58,073 bases of DNA, taken from contig NC_058132.1 of NCBI RefSeq assembly GCF_016433145.1, positions 67,564,828 through 67,622,900 on the forward strand. Direction: 5' to 3'. The stretch is from Gracilinanus agilis. Taxonomy: Eukaryota. Under the pieces are notes generated by a model, which saw only the letters and a program-made list of their open reading frames with translations, ran no database searches and was not told the DNA's origin. A program made the position numbers and the translations under genes. This document shows, in pieces, positions 22,504 through 35,684 of this stretch. Each line of letters begins with the position of its first letter. Positions within the stretch are counted from its first letter, which is position 1.

Positions 22504-25379
22504 AAGGGGAAGTAACAGAAAAAGCTGTTTGGCCCAAAATATCAAATAACACTTCCCTAATTGAGGGTGATTATTTTAACTCTTTCACTCGTGGTCTTCT
22601 CCATTATTTATGAAGGTGTACAAGACATGATCTTGGCTAAGTGGGACAAGAAATTATTTCACTGAAATAATTTTTTTTATTTTTTAAGGAAATAAGGGGG
22701 AAATATTTTAGAATTTTATTTTGTGACTGCCTGAGATCACATTTTCACCCTCTCTCTTTAAAACATTGCTTCTTATTGCCCAAGTTTGCATGAAGCATGT
22801 CTCACTTTATATTGGAAGTTACACCAAAAACCAAGTTTTTAAACTTGCAGTACCTTTCAAGCTTTCCAAAACTAAACAGACTGGTGATCACCACTTCTCA
22901 TCAAAGGTGCCTCTTGGCCAGATGAGAGATTCCATTTCCTGATTATAGGCCGTGGTCTTCAGAGGAAAGTTTCACCAACAAGTAGATTCAGCTCAATAAT
23001 CCTAAAAGATGGATTCTGTAGAGTTGTAAGGGGTTGAAACATTGGGCATATTGATTTTGTGTTTCCATTAGCTGTACTTAAAAGAGTATATATAGCTTTG
23101 TTTAGTCCATAGCTGAAAATAGTCTTTTTTTCTCTTATTTTCTAGAGAGGGAGACTCTAGTTATTGCTTCTGGACTCTACTTCGAAAAAACTTTTTAGGC
23201 TCAGTTTGAATGATTTAGTTTTAAGTATTGATATATGGTTTGGATGACAAATGGAAAGGCAGTGAGAGCTAGATTTTAAGCGTAGCAAAGAAATAGAGCA
23301 TTTGGAGTTTGTCTTTGTTGCCTCATAACTCAACTGACTGTGGGAAGGTTATCCAACTTCTAGGTGTCCTGATTTCCATTTAATATTTGGAGACAAACCA
23401 GACTCATGATAACTAAGGTCCATTTATATTTAACCTGAAGTCAAAAAGCCACCTAAGGCATTGTTTTATTATTGATGTTTCTGTTGTCTTCTTGAGCTAA
23501 ATAGAAGATAGAAGTTCAGAAGATCTCACCAAATTATGAGAATATTTTCAAACCTGTTTGAGTATGCTTTAAAAAAACACTACAGTTGCCAAAGAGTCTA
23601 AATTTGTAATGATCCTAAAGGAAATGAACACTTGCTAAGCATAAATAAGCTACATTAAATGCAAGAAGTCTTCTATAAAATGTCAAGGAAATAATATGAT
23701 CCAAGCAGGAGATGGGCACACCATGTAGAAGGAGTGAGGAAATAACTGATACTATCCCAAGTGCTCCACTGGTCAAATTACTAAGGACTTATAAACACGT
23801 GCAAAGTGTTAGAAGATGTATAGAAAGGTTATTAATCTATTGGGTGGATATAGAGGATGTATGAGAACATATGACCAAGAATCACCATGACATCTCATTG
23901 GAACAGGTGCTCACATTGATAAATCTGGGATCTCAACTGAGGACTGAAATATTTGTGCATATAGCAATTGAGTGGCAACAGAATTTCTTTTCTAATATTG
24001 AAAGCTACCAAAATTAAGCATATTTCTTACTATATCATACTCTGAAACTTGACTTAAGAATTAATGACTTATTTATGTTCCTCAGTTCTTATTCATCACT
24101 CTTGCCATTTGACACCCCCACCAAAATATGAGAATTTATTAAGACACACTCATGATCTATCTCAAAAAAAATCCAAATTTCAGGGGACTCAAAAGAACAA
24201 TGAAAGATGTATAGTGCAGATATACATGAGCAGTAACAATGACTTGCTTGCAGGATGTGATGTACATGTCATAGAGGACAAATCAGTGTTATAGCAAGAA
24301 TGATGGCTGATAGACGCCCTTGCATGTTGCATTGGTATAAATAGAGACCAGCAGGTGCATTTTGGGAGTGGATTTTTTTATATAAAAGAATTTAGGTAAG
24401 TATCACCCAGAGACAGAGCATAGATCTATGGTTCCAAAGACATGGATAGGTTTTTAACTGCCCCGGTGAAGTACAGAAAAAGCTAAACTTAAATTTGTTA
24501 ACTTTGCTTATTTCCGTTTCTTGTAAAAGACTTGGTGGGATAGGAAAGTAACAACATTGACTAAGATGAGAACTAATGATTGGCTGTGGGTCTCCAACTT
24601 TCCTAACTCACCTGAATGGTACCTCATCTTTTCTATAGATTGGTCTTTAGATATGTTTAATTCTTAGATATTTCAAAAGATCTCTTGATTTATTTGACAT
24701 ATGCACTATGTCTATGGCCATAACCTACCTTGTGTTGCTGTGGTCCAGAAATTCAGTGCCTACTGACTAGTGCTATAGGACTCACCAGCCTCTAGTGATG
24801 AGCCCCACCCTCCTTAGCTAAACTGGTTTTCAAACAATAGAAACAGTTACTTGGCCTATGCTTGAAACCTTTCCAGCATAGTAAGACTTTATGGAGCTTG
24901 AATTCTGTGGGCATAGCCCTTAAGAACCCCAGGCCATTTCCGTGCCCTAAGGAGACATAATTACTTCAGCACTCTAAGGGTCTGTGATTTCATCCATGTG
25001 GGTGCTCTCACCATCAATGCCTTTTTTGACCAAGTCTCATGAGTTGCTATGGGTGAAAGAAGTCAAAACCTAGAAGCTAACATTGTAGTGATAAACCTTT
25101 CCAAACTTGACTAAGCTGCTAGTTGGGCAATAGGCAGAGAGCTGCCCTATTTATAATTTAAAACCTTTCTAGTTTGGTGTAAGACCTGCCAGAGCTAGAC
25201 AGAAAATAGATTCTCTAGCTCTATGGGCAAAGGATGAGAGAACCCAGGGTGGCCTTGTAGGGGAACTTTAGTTGGAAGGGATTGATTCCCTTTCCAAGTG
25301 CACTTGGTGAACTTTAGCTAATATTTAAATTACACTTTAAAATTTGCAAAGTGTTTTTAAAAAGGTTAAAATTCCTTTG

Positions 25380-25560
25380 ATCCTCACAACTACACTGTGA
25401 GGTAGGTGCTATTATTATCTTTATTTTAGAAATGAGGAAACTGAGACTGACAGATTAAGTTAATTAATGTGATCAGAATCACAGAGCTAATAAGTTCTTG
25501 AGGCAGAATTTGAATTCATGTCTTCCTTAACACCAAGTCTAAAATTTCTGTACACTATGT
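25380..25560 (-). mobile_element. MIR/CORE-SINE
   Basis: cctcacaactacactgtgaggtaggtgctattatt...gaggaaactgagact. Confidence 0.7.
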
Positions 25561-27009
25561 TATCTACCTGCCCAGAGACCAATGGTCACCGAATAAGAAA
25601 AAAGGACAGGGGAAAAAAACCAGAAGGAATTGTGCCTCTGTATTTGGGTTTTTGTTTGCCCGGAGTATTAGTCAGAATAAGTAGTATAATAGAAATTTGT
25701 CAATTTGTCTTCCTAATATATATGTGTATATGTATATGCTAAAATCCCAGACTTCTGTGTGATCTTGTGAAGAACTGACCATCATGTATTACTTTGTTTT
25801 GGTTTCATATAGAAATCTTTTCCTCCTATCATACTCATGGCTACTCTTAACTTTGGTGCTTAAAACTGGGAACATTTTGCAGTCTCCTCAGCACACAATT
25901 GACAATTGATAAATCATTGAAGTTTTTGTTGTGGTGAACATGGGACTTGTTCCCTTCATCCTACAATAGAAAACAAGGAGGGACACTAACACATAAAAGA
26001 GAGAACTTTAATATACATATTAAAAGAAGCACTTTCTTCACAATGGGATAGAATTACTCCACCATTGAGTTCTGGCTAAAAATATATATAATTAGCTTTG
26101 GGAATAGCTTAGGTAAATTTATTGATGCTATCCAGAATCTAGTATTAAAGAAAACTGATGCCTTCAGAGTTTCATAGGCTTTAGAGCTGGAATGAGCCTT
26201 ATAAAGCATGTAATCTTCTCTTTGCTCCCTTATTTTATAGAAAAGTATGAGTAGCTGCTGGAAGAAATGTGGAAAGAAAAAAGGAATGCGTACGGCTGCT
26301 AAAAATGAATTTTCTTCATCTTTATTGAGCACTTATTCTATTAAGGAATGGATGATGTGTTGTTGGAGACATAAAGCTTTATTATATATAGCTCTTGACC
26401 TTAAGTAGCTTACAATTTTTAGTGTGCAGTCCTAGCTACTTTCTTCTCCACATGCTAACCTTTTTCCCCCTCGTCTCTTTCAGTTTTCATTTTCTATCTC
26501 ATCCTTTCTAACTTAGCCTTCTGATTCTTCCCACCTTGCACATCTAGCCATATTTCTTTATCCAGGAATCTAAGCTTCTACTTATTGACTCATTGACTCA
26601 TTAAGCTCATTTTGACATAATAGACTCAGCTGCTTCACAATATTGGGCAACCACTTGGGATTTCAATTAAGTCAGAAAATATTTTAGAGCAACTCAGGTG
26701 TATGAAGCAACTCTAGACATGAGAGTTTTAAAAATTCCTTGTATCATGGGCTATTTGTTAGTAAGAAAGAGGCTTTTTCTCTACCCTATTTGGAGATATG
26801 TCCTCTGGCTTTTACAATGAGCTTACTCTATCCTCCCAACTTTCCTTTTAGTTACTTGGGGCCCAAGTTTTATTTCTAATGTGACGTTTGTCAGAATAAT
26901 ATACACCTGCATCGAGGGCATCCTTATCCTTGACAGTGATATTAGAAGGTAACAGGTAGGCTTTTGAAAGTTATATTGCATAACAGACCTCATCTTTACC
27001 ATAACAATT

Positions 27010-28275
27010 GCCAAACAGATGCAGAGAATAAGATCTAACTATGCTTATTATTTGTTGACTATAAAAAAGCATTTGCTTTGGTAGACAAAAAATGCTCTCT
27101 GAAAGGCTTTCTTTCAACAAGGTGCCTTTCATACATGTTAGAATTATGCAGAATTCTTTGAAAGAAAGAATAGAACTTTGTTGAGCCTTCTGATCATTAA
27201 TATCAATCAAATTATAATACAGGGAGCTGGATACTCACCAGATGCAGTCACCATTGTCATGGGGAAGATCAGTCACAATCCAAATTGAAGGATTCCCCGT
27301 AAATGGTGAAGTACTCCAGATTCTTCTCTTTGTGGATAGCATTATGTTGATTGTATCAAGCCCTCAAATATTGCAAAACTTCATAAACGAAATTCATAAT
27401 CAAACCGGGAAAACAAAATATATGAAGAATGCCTGTTATCCAGATTATAACATGCAATTGAATATATAATTTAAATAGCTTCTCTATCTCAATATGCGTG
27501 AATGTGTATATATTGATAGATATATCAAGCACACCCAAATATGTGTGTATATATATATATAACATATATATTTGCATATATAGATATATATACACACAGA
27601 CATGTATAGAAATTCTTAGCCTTCAAATGAAGAATGAATCATGACCAGAATTGAAAAGGAAAGGAGCAGACACGATTGCTTTTGGGAAATTATTTTAGGG
27701 GGCTAGGTGGCTCAGTGGATTGAGAGCCAGGCCCAGAAACAGGAGGTCCTGGGTTCAAAGGTGGCCTCAGACACTTTCTAGCTGTGTGACCCTGGGCAAG
27801 CCACCTAACCTCTATTGCCTAGTCCTTACTGCTCCTCTGCCTTAGAACCAATAGACAGTATTGATTCTAAGATGGAAGGTAAGGGTTCCCCCCCCAAAAA
27901 AAAGCTTTTTTCAATCCATTATTCTTTTGGTAATGATTTAATTATGGAACTCCATAGTCTCTGAAGAATGAAAGTTGAGCTTTACTCAGAAGGTAATAGA
28001 TAGGTGTATATGTACATAAGCAGACTGTATCATGTTGCAAAAAAGTCATTATATTTTAAAAGTGGCATAAGAGATGTTATTGAAGTATATTATTCAAAAT
28101 CAAAAATTGACTGGTCACATGGCAAGAGCAAAGGCACACACGGTGGACAGCCCATGTGTGCCTCCATTGTTATCCTTGATATGTCATGAGAATGCAGAGA
28201 AGATCGAAGCATACAGGCCACATCCAGTGTAGAGATGTCCCACGGGATGAGCAGGTCTAGATGGCTTGTGATTGG
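27010..28275 (+). mobile_element. Degraded RTE-clade LINE (not BovB-like), split by (TA)n and a SINE
   Basis: RT motif LFVDYKKAF at 27048-27074. LQILLFVDSIMLI resembles a degenerate LFADD region. Post-RT GHMAR at 28113-28127. Confidence 0.7.
27697..27905 (+). mobile_element. SINE1 (opossum-type) nested in the RTE
   Basis: ggggctaggtggctcagtggattgagagccagg...gatggaaggtaagggtt. Confidence 0.9.
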
Positions 28276-31200
28276 CATGGCTAGAAAGGGTCCTCCTGCC
28301 AAAGAGATTCCAGCTCCGTGGGGCACTGAAGACCCTGAAGGCTTTAAGCACTTTGTTACCTAAAGACATTTCAAAGTTATTCTGCATTCTAATTAGGGTT
28401 TAGAATACACCCCATCTCCCCCCACCCCCCACAAGACTACTAAAGGCTGAATTGCAAAACCAAACCTATATTCTAAAATCTATATTCCCTTCTAAAAATA
28501 ATAGCAATTGTTGATTACAGTCAGTATTATTACAATCAGATATGGTTTGTAGGAGTAGGGGGAAGGGAAACATGACCTATATTTTTGTAAATGACCAGAA
28601 AGTCATCACTTTTCAGTGTTTCTCTGTGAATGATGAAGTCAGGCACTCTAACTTTTCACCAAAAGTTAACTCCTTAACTGCCTGTCTTATGCCAATGTAT
28701 CAAAAGGTCAGGGCCCTGTAATTCTGGGTATCATTCCTTCACAGCCTGCTTCTGATCATAGTCTGCTGATATTAGCTGTATGTGTTCAGATACAGAAAAC
28801 CTTCCAGATTGTTGGTTTTAAATGCCATAAAAACATTTATACATATCATAAGAGCTTGCAAGTTGTTTACTCGGAAGTACCCTGTAGGATAAATAGTGTT
28901 ACATATAGTATTAACTCCCCAGCATGCATGTGTGCATGCACACACGCGCATAGACACACACACTTTACAAATGGGGAAAATGGGGTTCTTCAAGGTGAAA
29001 AGATTTTCCTGCATAGCTAATGAATAATAGAATCAAACCTGGGACCTAGACTTTCTTCCTCCAGTTTTGGTACTCTTTCTCCTTTATCTCTTCTATAAAA
29101 GTAATGATATTTCAGATTGGTATTCTCATTAGTATGAGTTAGTTTCAATCTCTCCATGCCTTAATAGACAATCATCATAACTTTCTGTGGCCAACAGAAT
29201 TCATCACCTGCTGATCAAATTTCTGGTGATGAACCTTTCCAATCTTAGCCAAGCTGGTTCTTGTACAGTGGATTCTGGGCCCGTGCTTGTACTTGAAGCT
29301 TTTCTAGCCTAGAAGGACAGAGGTTGCATTTTGCTGGCACAGACCCAGAGAAACTTAAGGTCACCTCCATTCCATGAAGAGAGATCCAAGAAAAACTTCA
29401 GTAGAAGATTAATAATAACAATAATACCTTTTATTTATATAATGTTTTACAGTTTGATTATTTGTCACTTATAACTCTATAATATAGATAATACAAGTAT
29501 CTTCTATACTGTATTGCCTCTCTGTAGTTTCTGTGTGAACCCAATATGTAGACACGAAGTCTGAGGCCACTAAATAACCTGTTAATCATATATTGTGGTC
29601 CCTCATTGATGTAAGTACCATGTGCCTATATAATGGACACTAATTGTAATTGAGGTGAAAGGTCCCTTTTCTTCATTTACCCCAATTAATATAATATAGC
29701 CTACATCTTTCTGTCCCTAGAGACTACAGTGGGATACCTATTTTGCTTATCTTATCATGTGGTGGTCATAAATGGAACTTTCGGTTTTTAAACTTTCATG
29801 TCTATCTCAAAACAGCAGATCGATAACTAGGCTTCCATTTCTATCTGATCCAAAAGTAGCACCCAGTTATTTTTATCAAAAAATGTCAGGTACACCTTTT
29901 GTTGTTTTGTTTGCATCATTTAGACAAAAGAACCAGTCGATTAAATGTTCTGCTTTTCAGCTGATTGTTTCAATATGGCTAAAATAATCATAGTCTTTCC
30001 CTATAACTCTTTAAATGAAGAATAAACAAACCCACAGCCATTTTCTTTGTAGATGATTCCAAAAAGAATGGTTAGACATTGGACATTAGTGTTCAGGCAA
30101 GCCATATACACTTGAGCTACCTTCTAGGATGTTAGTTCCTGCCAGTGTTATTCTTGTCATTTGACAAACTTCCTCTTTGTGAATGTAGTGTTTGCACAGG
30201 GGTGACAAATCCAGGGAAAGAAACCCTTTCTGGGAGTGTGCCTCCATTTGTCACCATTTCAGGCAAATTTTAAATGTAGATGATCAGTTGATAGAAGGAA
30301 AAGAGGTAATTCATTTTCATGCTTTGGGATCCAGTTGCATACTAAATGCAGTGCTATATGTGAGATTTTATATGGAAATGTTTCAAGAAGAGGCCCTCTT
30401 TTTCTTTTTTGAATTGTAATGAAACTTCTTATCTGAGAGAGTCCCCTTTGATTACTGGGAAAGATCCCCCATTCTAGTGCCAGGACGTGTGGATAGTATC
30501 TATGATGGTGAATTAGGGGAATGTTAATTCTCTTGTTTTCTTGTTCAAGAGCACTCTTTTTTGATTGGCTCCTTGATTTGTAGCTTGTTTTGGGAGGATG
30601 CTCTCCGATAAAGCCTACCATGCCCCAGGAAGTATCAGTGACTAAGACCACTCAGTCCTGAGGTTTAATTGAGTCATAGAGTTCCATGAACTTAAAGATA
30701 ATTGAATGAGAACTTTTTACTAAAAACATCTCTTTCATGGAAATTTTCTTTGATATTTTTCTCAGATTATTTGCTCTGTAACATGTAAACTTGTCATGAA
30801 TAAATATTGTTGTAAATCTGAGTCCTGTTTCTATTGATCATGAAGGAAATAGGAGCCAGTAATTCTGTGCAGAGTTGGGTTCACAGAAAAGAGGGGAAAA
30901 AAGAGAACTCTCCAATAATAATAGCTCCCATTTACATAGCCTCTTTAGGATATGTAAAAATGAAAGTTAATGTTCCTATTTTATAGCTAAGTAAACTGAG
31001 CCTCAGAAATATAATAACATACTCAGTAAGTATTAGAGCCCAGACTGAGACAGATCTTTTAGTCTTTATGTGACATCTTGCTGCTTCAACTCTCAGATTG
31101 TTAGTCTGTCTGTATAGATAACCCACATAGTTTTCTTTCGATGTACTTAGTTAATAGTAGTTTTACTGACTTTCCTCTGGTGTAGTTATTTCTGTTTGCT

Positions 31201-33881
31201 TATCCCTAAGACAGACATCCTTTTGATTTAAGATCAGATTTCTTCAAATTGTGTTTTAGGTCTGAAATAAGTTTTCCTTAATTACAATGAGCATTCAGAA
31301 AGTTGAGATTTTTATAACAAAAATCCATGCAAGTAGGTACATCATTTACAAAGAGAAGCATTTTTGACATGATACATTTTTCTTTTGTTTGAAATGAACA
31401 CATCACAGATTAATAGTTATCAACTGTCCAACCATTGCCATTCTTATCACATTAAAAAGTATGGAAAAGTGTGGGAGTGTGAGAGTGGGTGTGAGATCAG
31501 AGACTGATGCTGTTCTGTGGCATTAATGGAAATCAGATGAATTCATCTCTGAGCAGACTTCAGAGTCTACCCAAGGTGAACCTTTCATCTTCTACTTGCA
31601 TTATCCAGGTGATTATTCAGACCTGACTTTGCAGTGTGGCATATTTACTAGCTGAAAGTATATGCCTTAGGGACTAGGACTAAAAAATATAAAAGTTATA
31701 TAGGTAGAAAATGACAGTGTTTGACACTGTGTTTTTATGACTATTGTACTTTTGGGTGGTTATCAAAAAACTTAACAACCATGTTCCCTATATTGGATTT
31801 TTTTTAGTAACAAAGGAGTCATAGATTGTTGCAGTAATAACAGTTTCTTTTGAATATAATTCTGTGGAATGAAGATGCTATTTGTATTCAGTCCAGAAGG
31901 AGTGGATATTTACAAAGCTTAATTTAGTGCTGATTTTAGGTTTCCTTGTTATCCCTTCATGTGGTTTATGTTCATTGTCTTCTGGAATGGGTTGTCTTAA
32001 AGTGAGAGCAAACTTAAATGTCTTCATCAACAGACTAAGTGCTGGACTGTTTCCATACTGGTGGAACCTCTTAGAAGACTGTTCTCTTCTGAATGGGCTT
32101 ACATTTGGGGTAAAATAGAATTGATCTCCAAAGACATTTCATCTACAAGGAGTTTTTGGTCTGTGTCTAATGTTTGCTCAAGTACTTTAACATTTACAGC
32201 TCTGTTCATGCTTGAGAACACCTCTTTGACCTGTGGAGCCCTGTCTGGTGAGTGCAGCTGAAAGGCCAAATTTTCTATTACTTAATGGCTAGTTTTGCAT
32301 CAGGCATTTATCTCAAAGCTTTTTTGCTTTTGCATTCACCTGTACTGGGGATAATCTAATAACACTATTTAGAAAATATTTTTGGAATATAATTACCATT
32401 GGTCATTTTTAGTCACAATTTGTAAAATCTACATTATAGTGTAAAGTCTTGATATACAACAGCTTGGCCAATTAGAATCTATTATGGACCAATTTGATTT
32501 AGTTACATCAACTCCTGTTCCCCGAAATGACTAAAGTCTATGCTATATGTGGTGGTGGAGTCTGAACATGACTGCAAATTTTATGGGCAAAATTGGTGAA
32601 TGCCACAAGGCTATATTTCTTAGGTATAGTCCAAGTGGGAGACAGAGAAACGCACAGCTGTAGCCAAGGGGCTATAAAAGAGAGTGAAGCTAGGGGAAGA
32701 GATTGGTTGATGAGAGCAAAGGAGGTTGGATAACTCATGCTCTGGAAAGCAGAAAGTAGAAAACACAATCCTATAACAGTGAGAAAATAATTATTATTCC
32801 CATTGTTCAGATGAGCAGAATGAGGCTCATCAAGGTAAGGGGACTTGCCCAAGTTTAGACAGTACTGGCTTATGCGGTACTCATGATTCCAAACCCAGTC
32901 CAGTGATATCTGTTGTCACCTGAGATCTCTCTTGTTGCCTGGGTCTTATGAGAGTCAAAAAAACACTTGGTTGTTAGTTTATCCCCATCTTGAGTCTCTT
33001 TTAAGTCTGTAATTTCTTTCTATAAGTTTCAAACTATTAATTGGCCTGTTTTGTTTTGTTTTGTTTTCACTTGAAATGTAACCAAACTTTTATTTTCATA
33101 TAGCTTTCTTTCTTGGGATGGGGGGAGGGGATTAGAATGATTGGTTTTTGTTTTTCCTTTTTTGTTTCTCTTCTCTGTGGAAGAATGGGGATGAGGGGAG
33201 GTACAGAACCTGCTGCTTATCTTGTCATTCTTGTACACCATGTTATCTCATCTAGCTTTTGCAAAGGAAGCTGTTGCCAGATATGATTTATCTTTTATTG
33301 CAAGTGCCCATCCAAAATTTTTTCCGTCTTAAAACCTAATATGGCCCATTAGCACATTGAAGATCCTGCCCATTAGTCACCAAAGGGCAGCACCAGTGCC
33401 ATTTGCTTTCTAAATTGGGAAGAAACTCATCAATATGGATAATAAGTGGATCTATAGATGCACGTGGTTTTCTTTTCAAACTCTTCTGGGTATCTAAAAA
33501 CAACTATCAGTTCTTTAGTGCTTTTCAGCATACAAAGTATTTTCCTCATAGTGACTGTGCAATGTGGAATACAAGTATACTTACACCTTTTGTGTGCACA
33601 TTTTGAGTAGTGTCAGCATTTCATAGATGAGGAAAGCAGCCAAGTGACCTAAGAGTGCTGAAACTGGTGGGTTGGAGAGCTGGCATCTAGGTCTTTTGGG
33701 TCCTGAGGCTATGTTCAGTCCCATGCTGCCCTCCCCACAAGCTCTTGAAAGGCATCAAGATTCTTTAGACTCAAGGGTCACTGACAAAGGAGGCACTCGC
33801 AATTAACTGATCTGATCACCCCTATTTTGTTTGCATGTTACCGGCCATGCTGGGAGGAGAGCTTTTATTTATTCAAGTGCT

Positions 33882-33950
33882 TGATGATGATGATGATGAT
33901 GATATTGATATTGATGATGATGATGATGATGATGACGACAATGATGATAA
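33882..33950. repeat. (GAT)n imperfect microsatellite
   Basis: Seen directly; it produces the spurious poly-Met ORF. Confidence 0.9.
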
Positions 33951-35493
33951 TGTATGTGTGCTATTTCACTTTTGTTAAGAACTTATCTTTCCCCACACCC
34001 TTCTCTTCCCCCCTCCTGGAGATGACAAGCAATTCCACAGGGTTATACATGTTCTTTTTGGTTTTTGAAAGACAATGATAATATGATACATGTGTAAATA
34101 TGTCTTAAGTATGTAGGCATAAAGAAATGTGTGTATACGTATCTGTGTATACACCTACACACATTCATACATACATGTCTCTATCTCCCCTTAAGACTTC
34201 TCCTCCTTTCTTTCCTATACCTTCTCCACTCCCTCTCTCCTCCTTCCCACCTCTCACTACCCCATCACTTCAAGTACTTAGGATGCTTCTTCTCCCTATC
34301 AGTCTATTCTTGAAAGGCATCTTATAAACACATCTTCACAAATGTGTAAATAATTGATAAAATCTTAAATGTATTATTCTTCCCAGGAGTGTTTTTATTT
34401 TAATCTATAGACAAAGTCTTCGACCAAAAGGAGCCTTTTAGATTGTACGGTCCTGAGAACATTCAAACTTATGAGCAGGGCTGACCAGGCGACCATTTTA
34501 GCTCACTGCATCTTAGAAGAGAATAAAGGTAAAGAGAAAACTAGTGAGAGTTTGGTGGGCACACTGGGTTTTGGGGATTTCAGTATAGGCTTGTCTGGTA
34601 TGATATGTTCCTAACTAAGGGCATTTTGCAGTAAGGTCACTGATACATTATGCATATCCTGTATTGTGATGATTGACTATCCATTTGTAAGATTTCCTTA
34701 ATTTTCTGTTGTCTAAAAATGCTATCTAGTGAGTTTTTGTGGGAACAGAATTAGATCAGGTATAACTCTGTAGAATGTGACCAGAGGATATGTTCTGGTC
34801 ATTTTCTCTCCTTTTGGAGGTAAAGTTAGTTAGTAGGAACAGTGATGGGGGATTACCTACCTACCCTCATGCCAGCTCTCCCCAAAAGTAATACTTGCAT
34901 ATAAAAAGACATTTGTGAAGCCTGGGGATGAAAAGTCTGGCAAAGTTTAAAATAATCAAACATTTTATGTATAATCAGAAACTCTCACCCCTTGTTTTTT
35001 AGAAAACAAAGTCACATTTGCATCAGTTCTTATTCTCTCCTAAATACTATCTGGGTACTTGAACTGGCAGGGAATTGGTGTATGTTCTTGTATTATGTGT
35101 GTTTTAATTGGCATTGGTTCTTTCCTCCAAGTTCTGGCTAGAAGGGCTTCCTGAAATATAAGAGAAAACCTAATAGAGAACTTACTAACAAGCAGACTGG
35201 AAGATCTAGTAGCATCAGCCTTATTAAAACCCATTGACTTGGCTCATTCTTCCCAAATACTTCAGCTTATCTAGGCATATTTACTTTCCAATAGGGAGAA
35301 TAAATTTCTATAATGTTTTAATTCGTGTCCTCTTTGTAAATTAAAGCTTCAGCTTCAGGGATGAAATCTTAATAGTCATCTGTCTATTGAATATGATGTT
35401 CTTGAGCTCTAACTTTTACTTCTTACATTGTATCTCTTACAATACTTCACTTGATGGTTTCTTCCATTGTGGATTCCCTGTCTTGGTCTAGGT

Positions 35494-35684
35494 CAGTAAT
35501 TCCCAAAGTGGGTGCCACCACCCCCTGGTGGGTGCTGCAGTGATCCAGGAGGCGTTGAAGGCCACAGGTGCATTTAGGGGTGGTGAATAACTGTAAGGGG
35601 GTGGTGATAGTATGTGACAGGGGGCGCGAAGTAATATTTTTTCTGGAAAGGGGGCGGTAGGCCAAAAAAGTTTGGGAACCACTG
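35494..35684. mobile_element. hAT/Charlie-type MITE, 191 bp
   Basis: TIRs cagtaattcccaaa / tttgggaaccactg. Flanks gtctaggt / tctagagt fit a TCTAGA-type target with one indel. Confidence 0.8.

Noticed and set aside
29220-29320. GTGATGA box-C-like motifs here and at 36058 as C/D snoRNAs
   Set aside because: No CTGA box D at a suitable distance and no terminal stem seen.
33827-34078. ORF with poly-Met
   Set aside because: Translation of a (GAT)n microsatellite.
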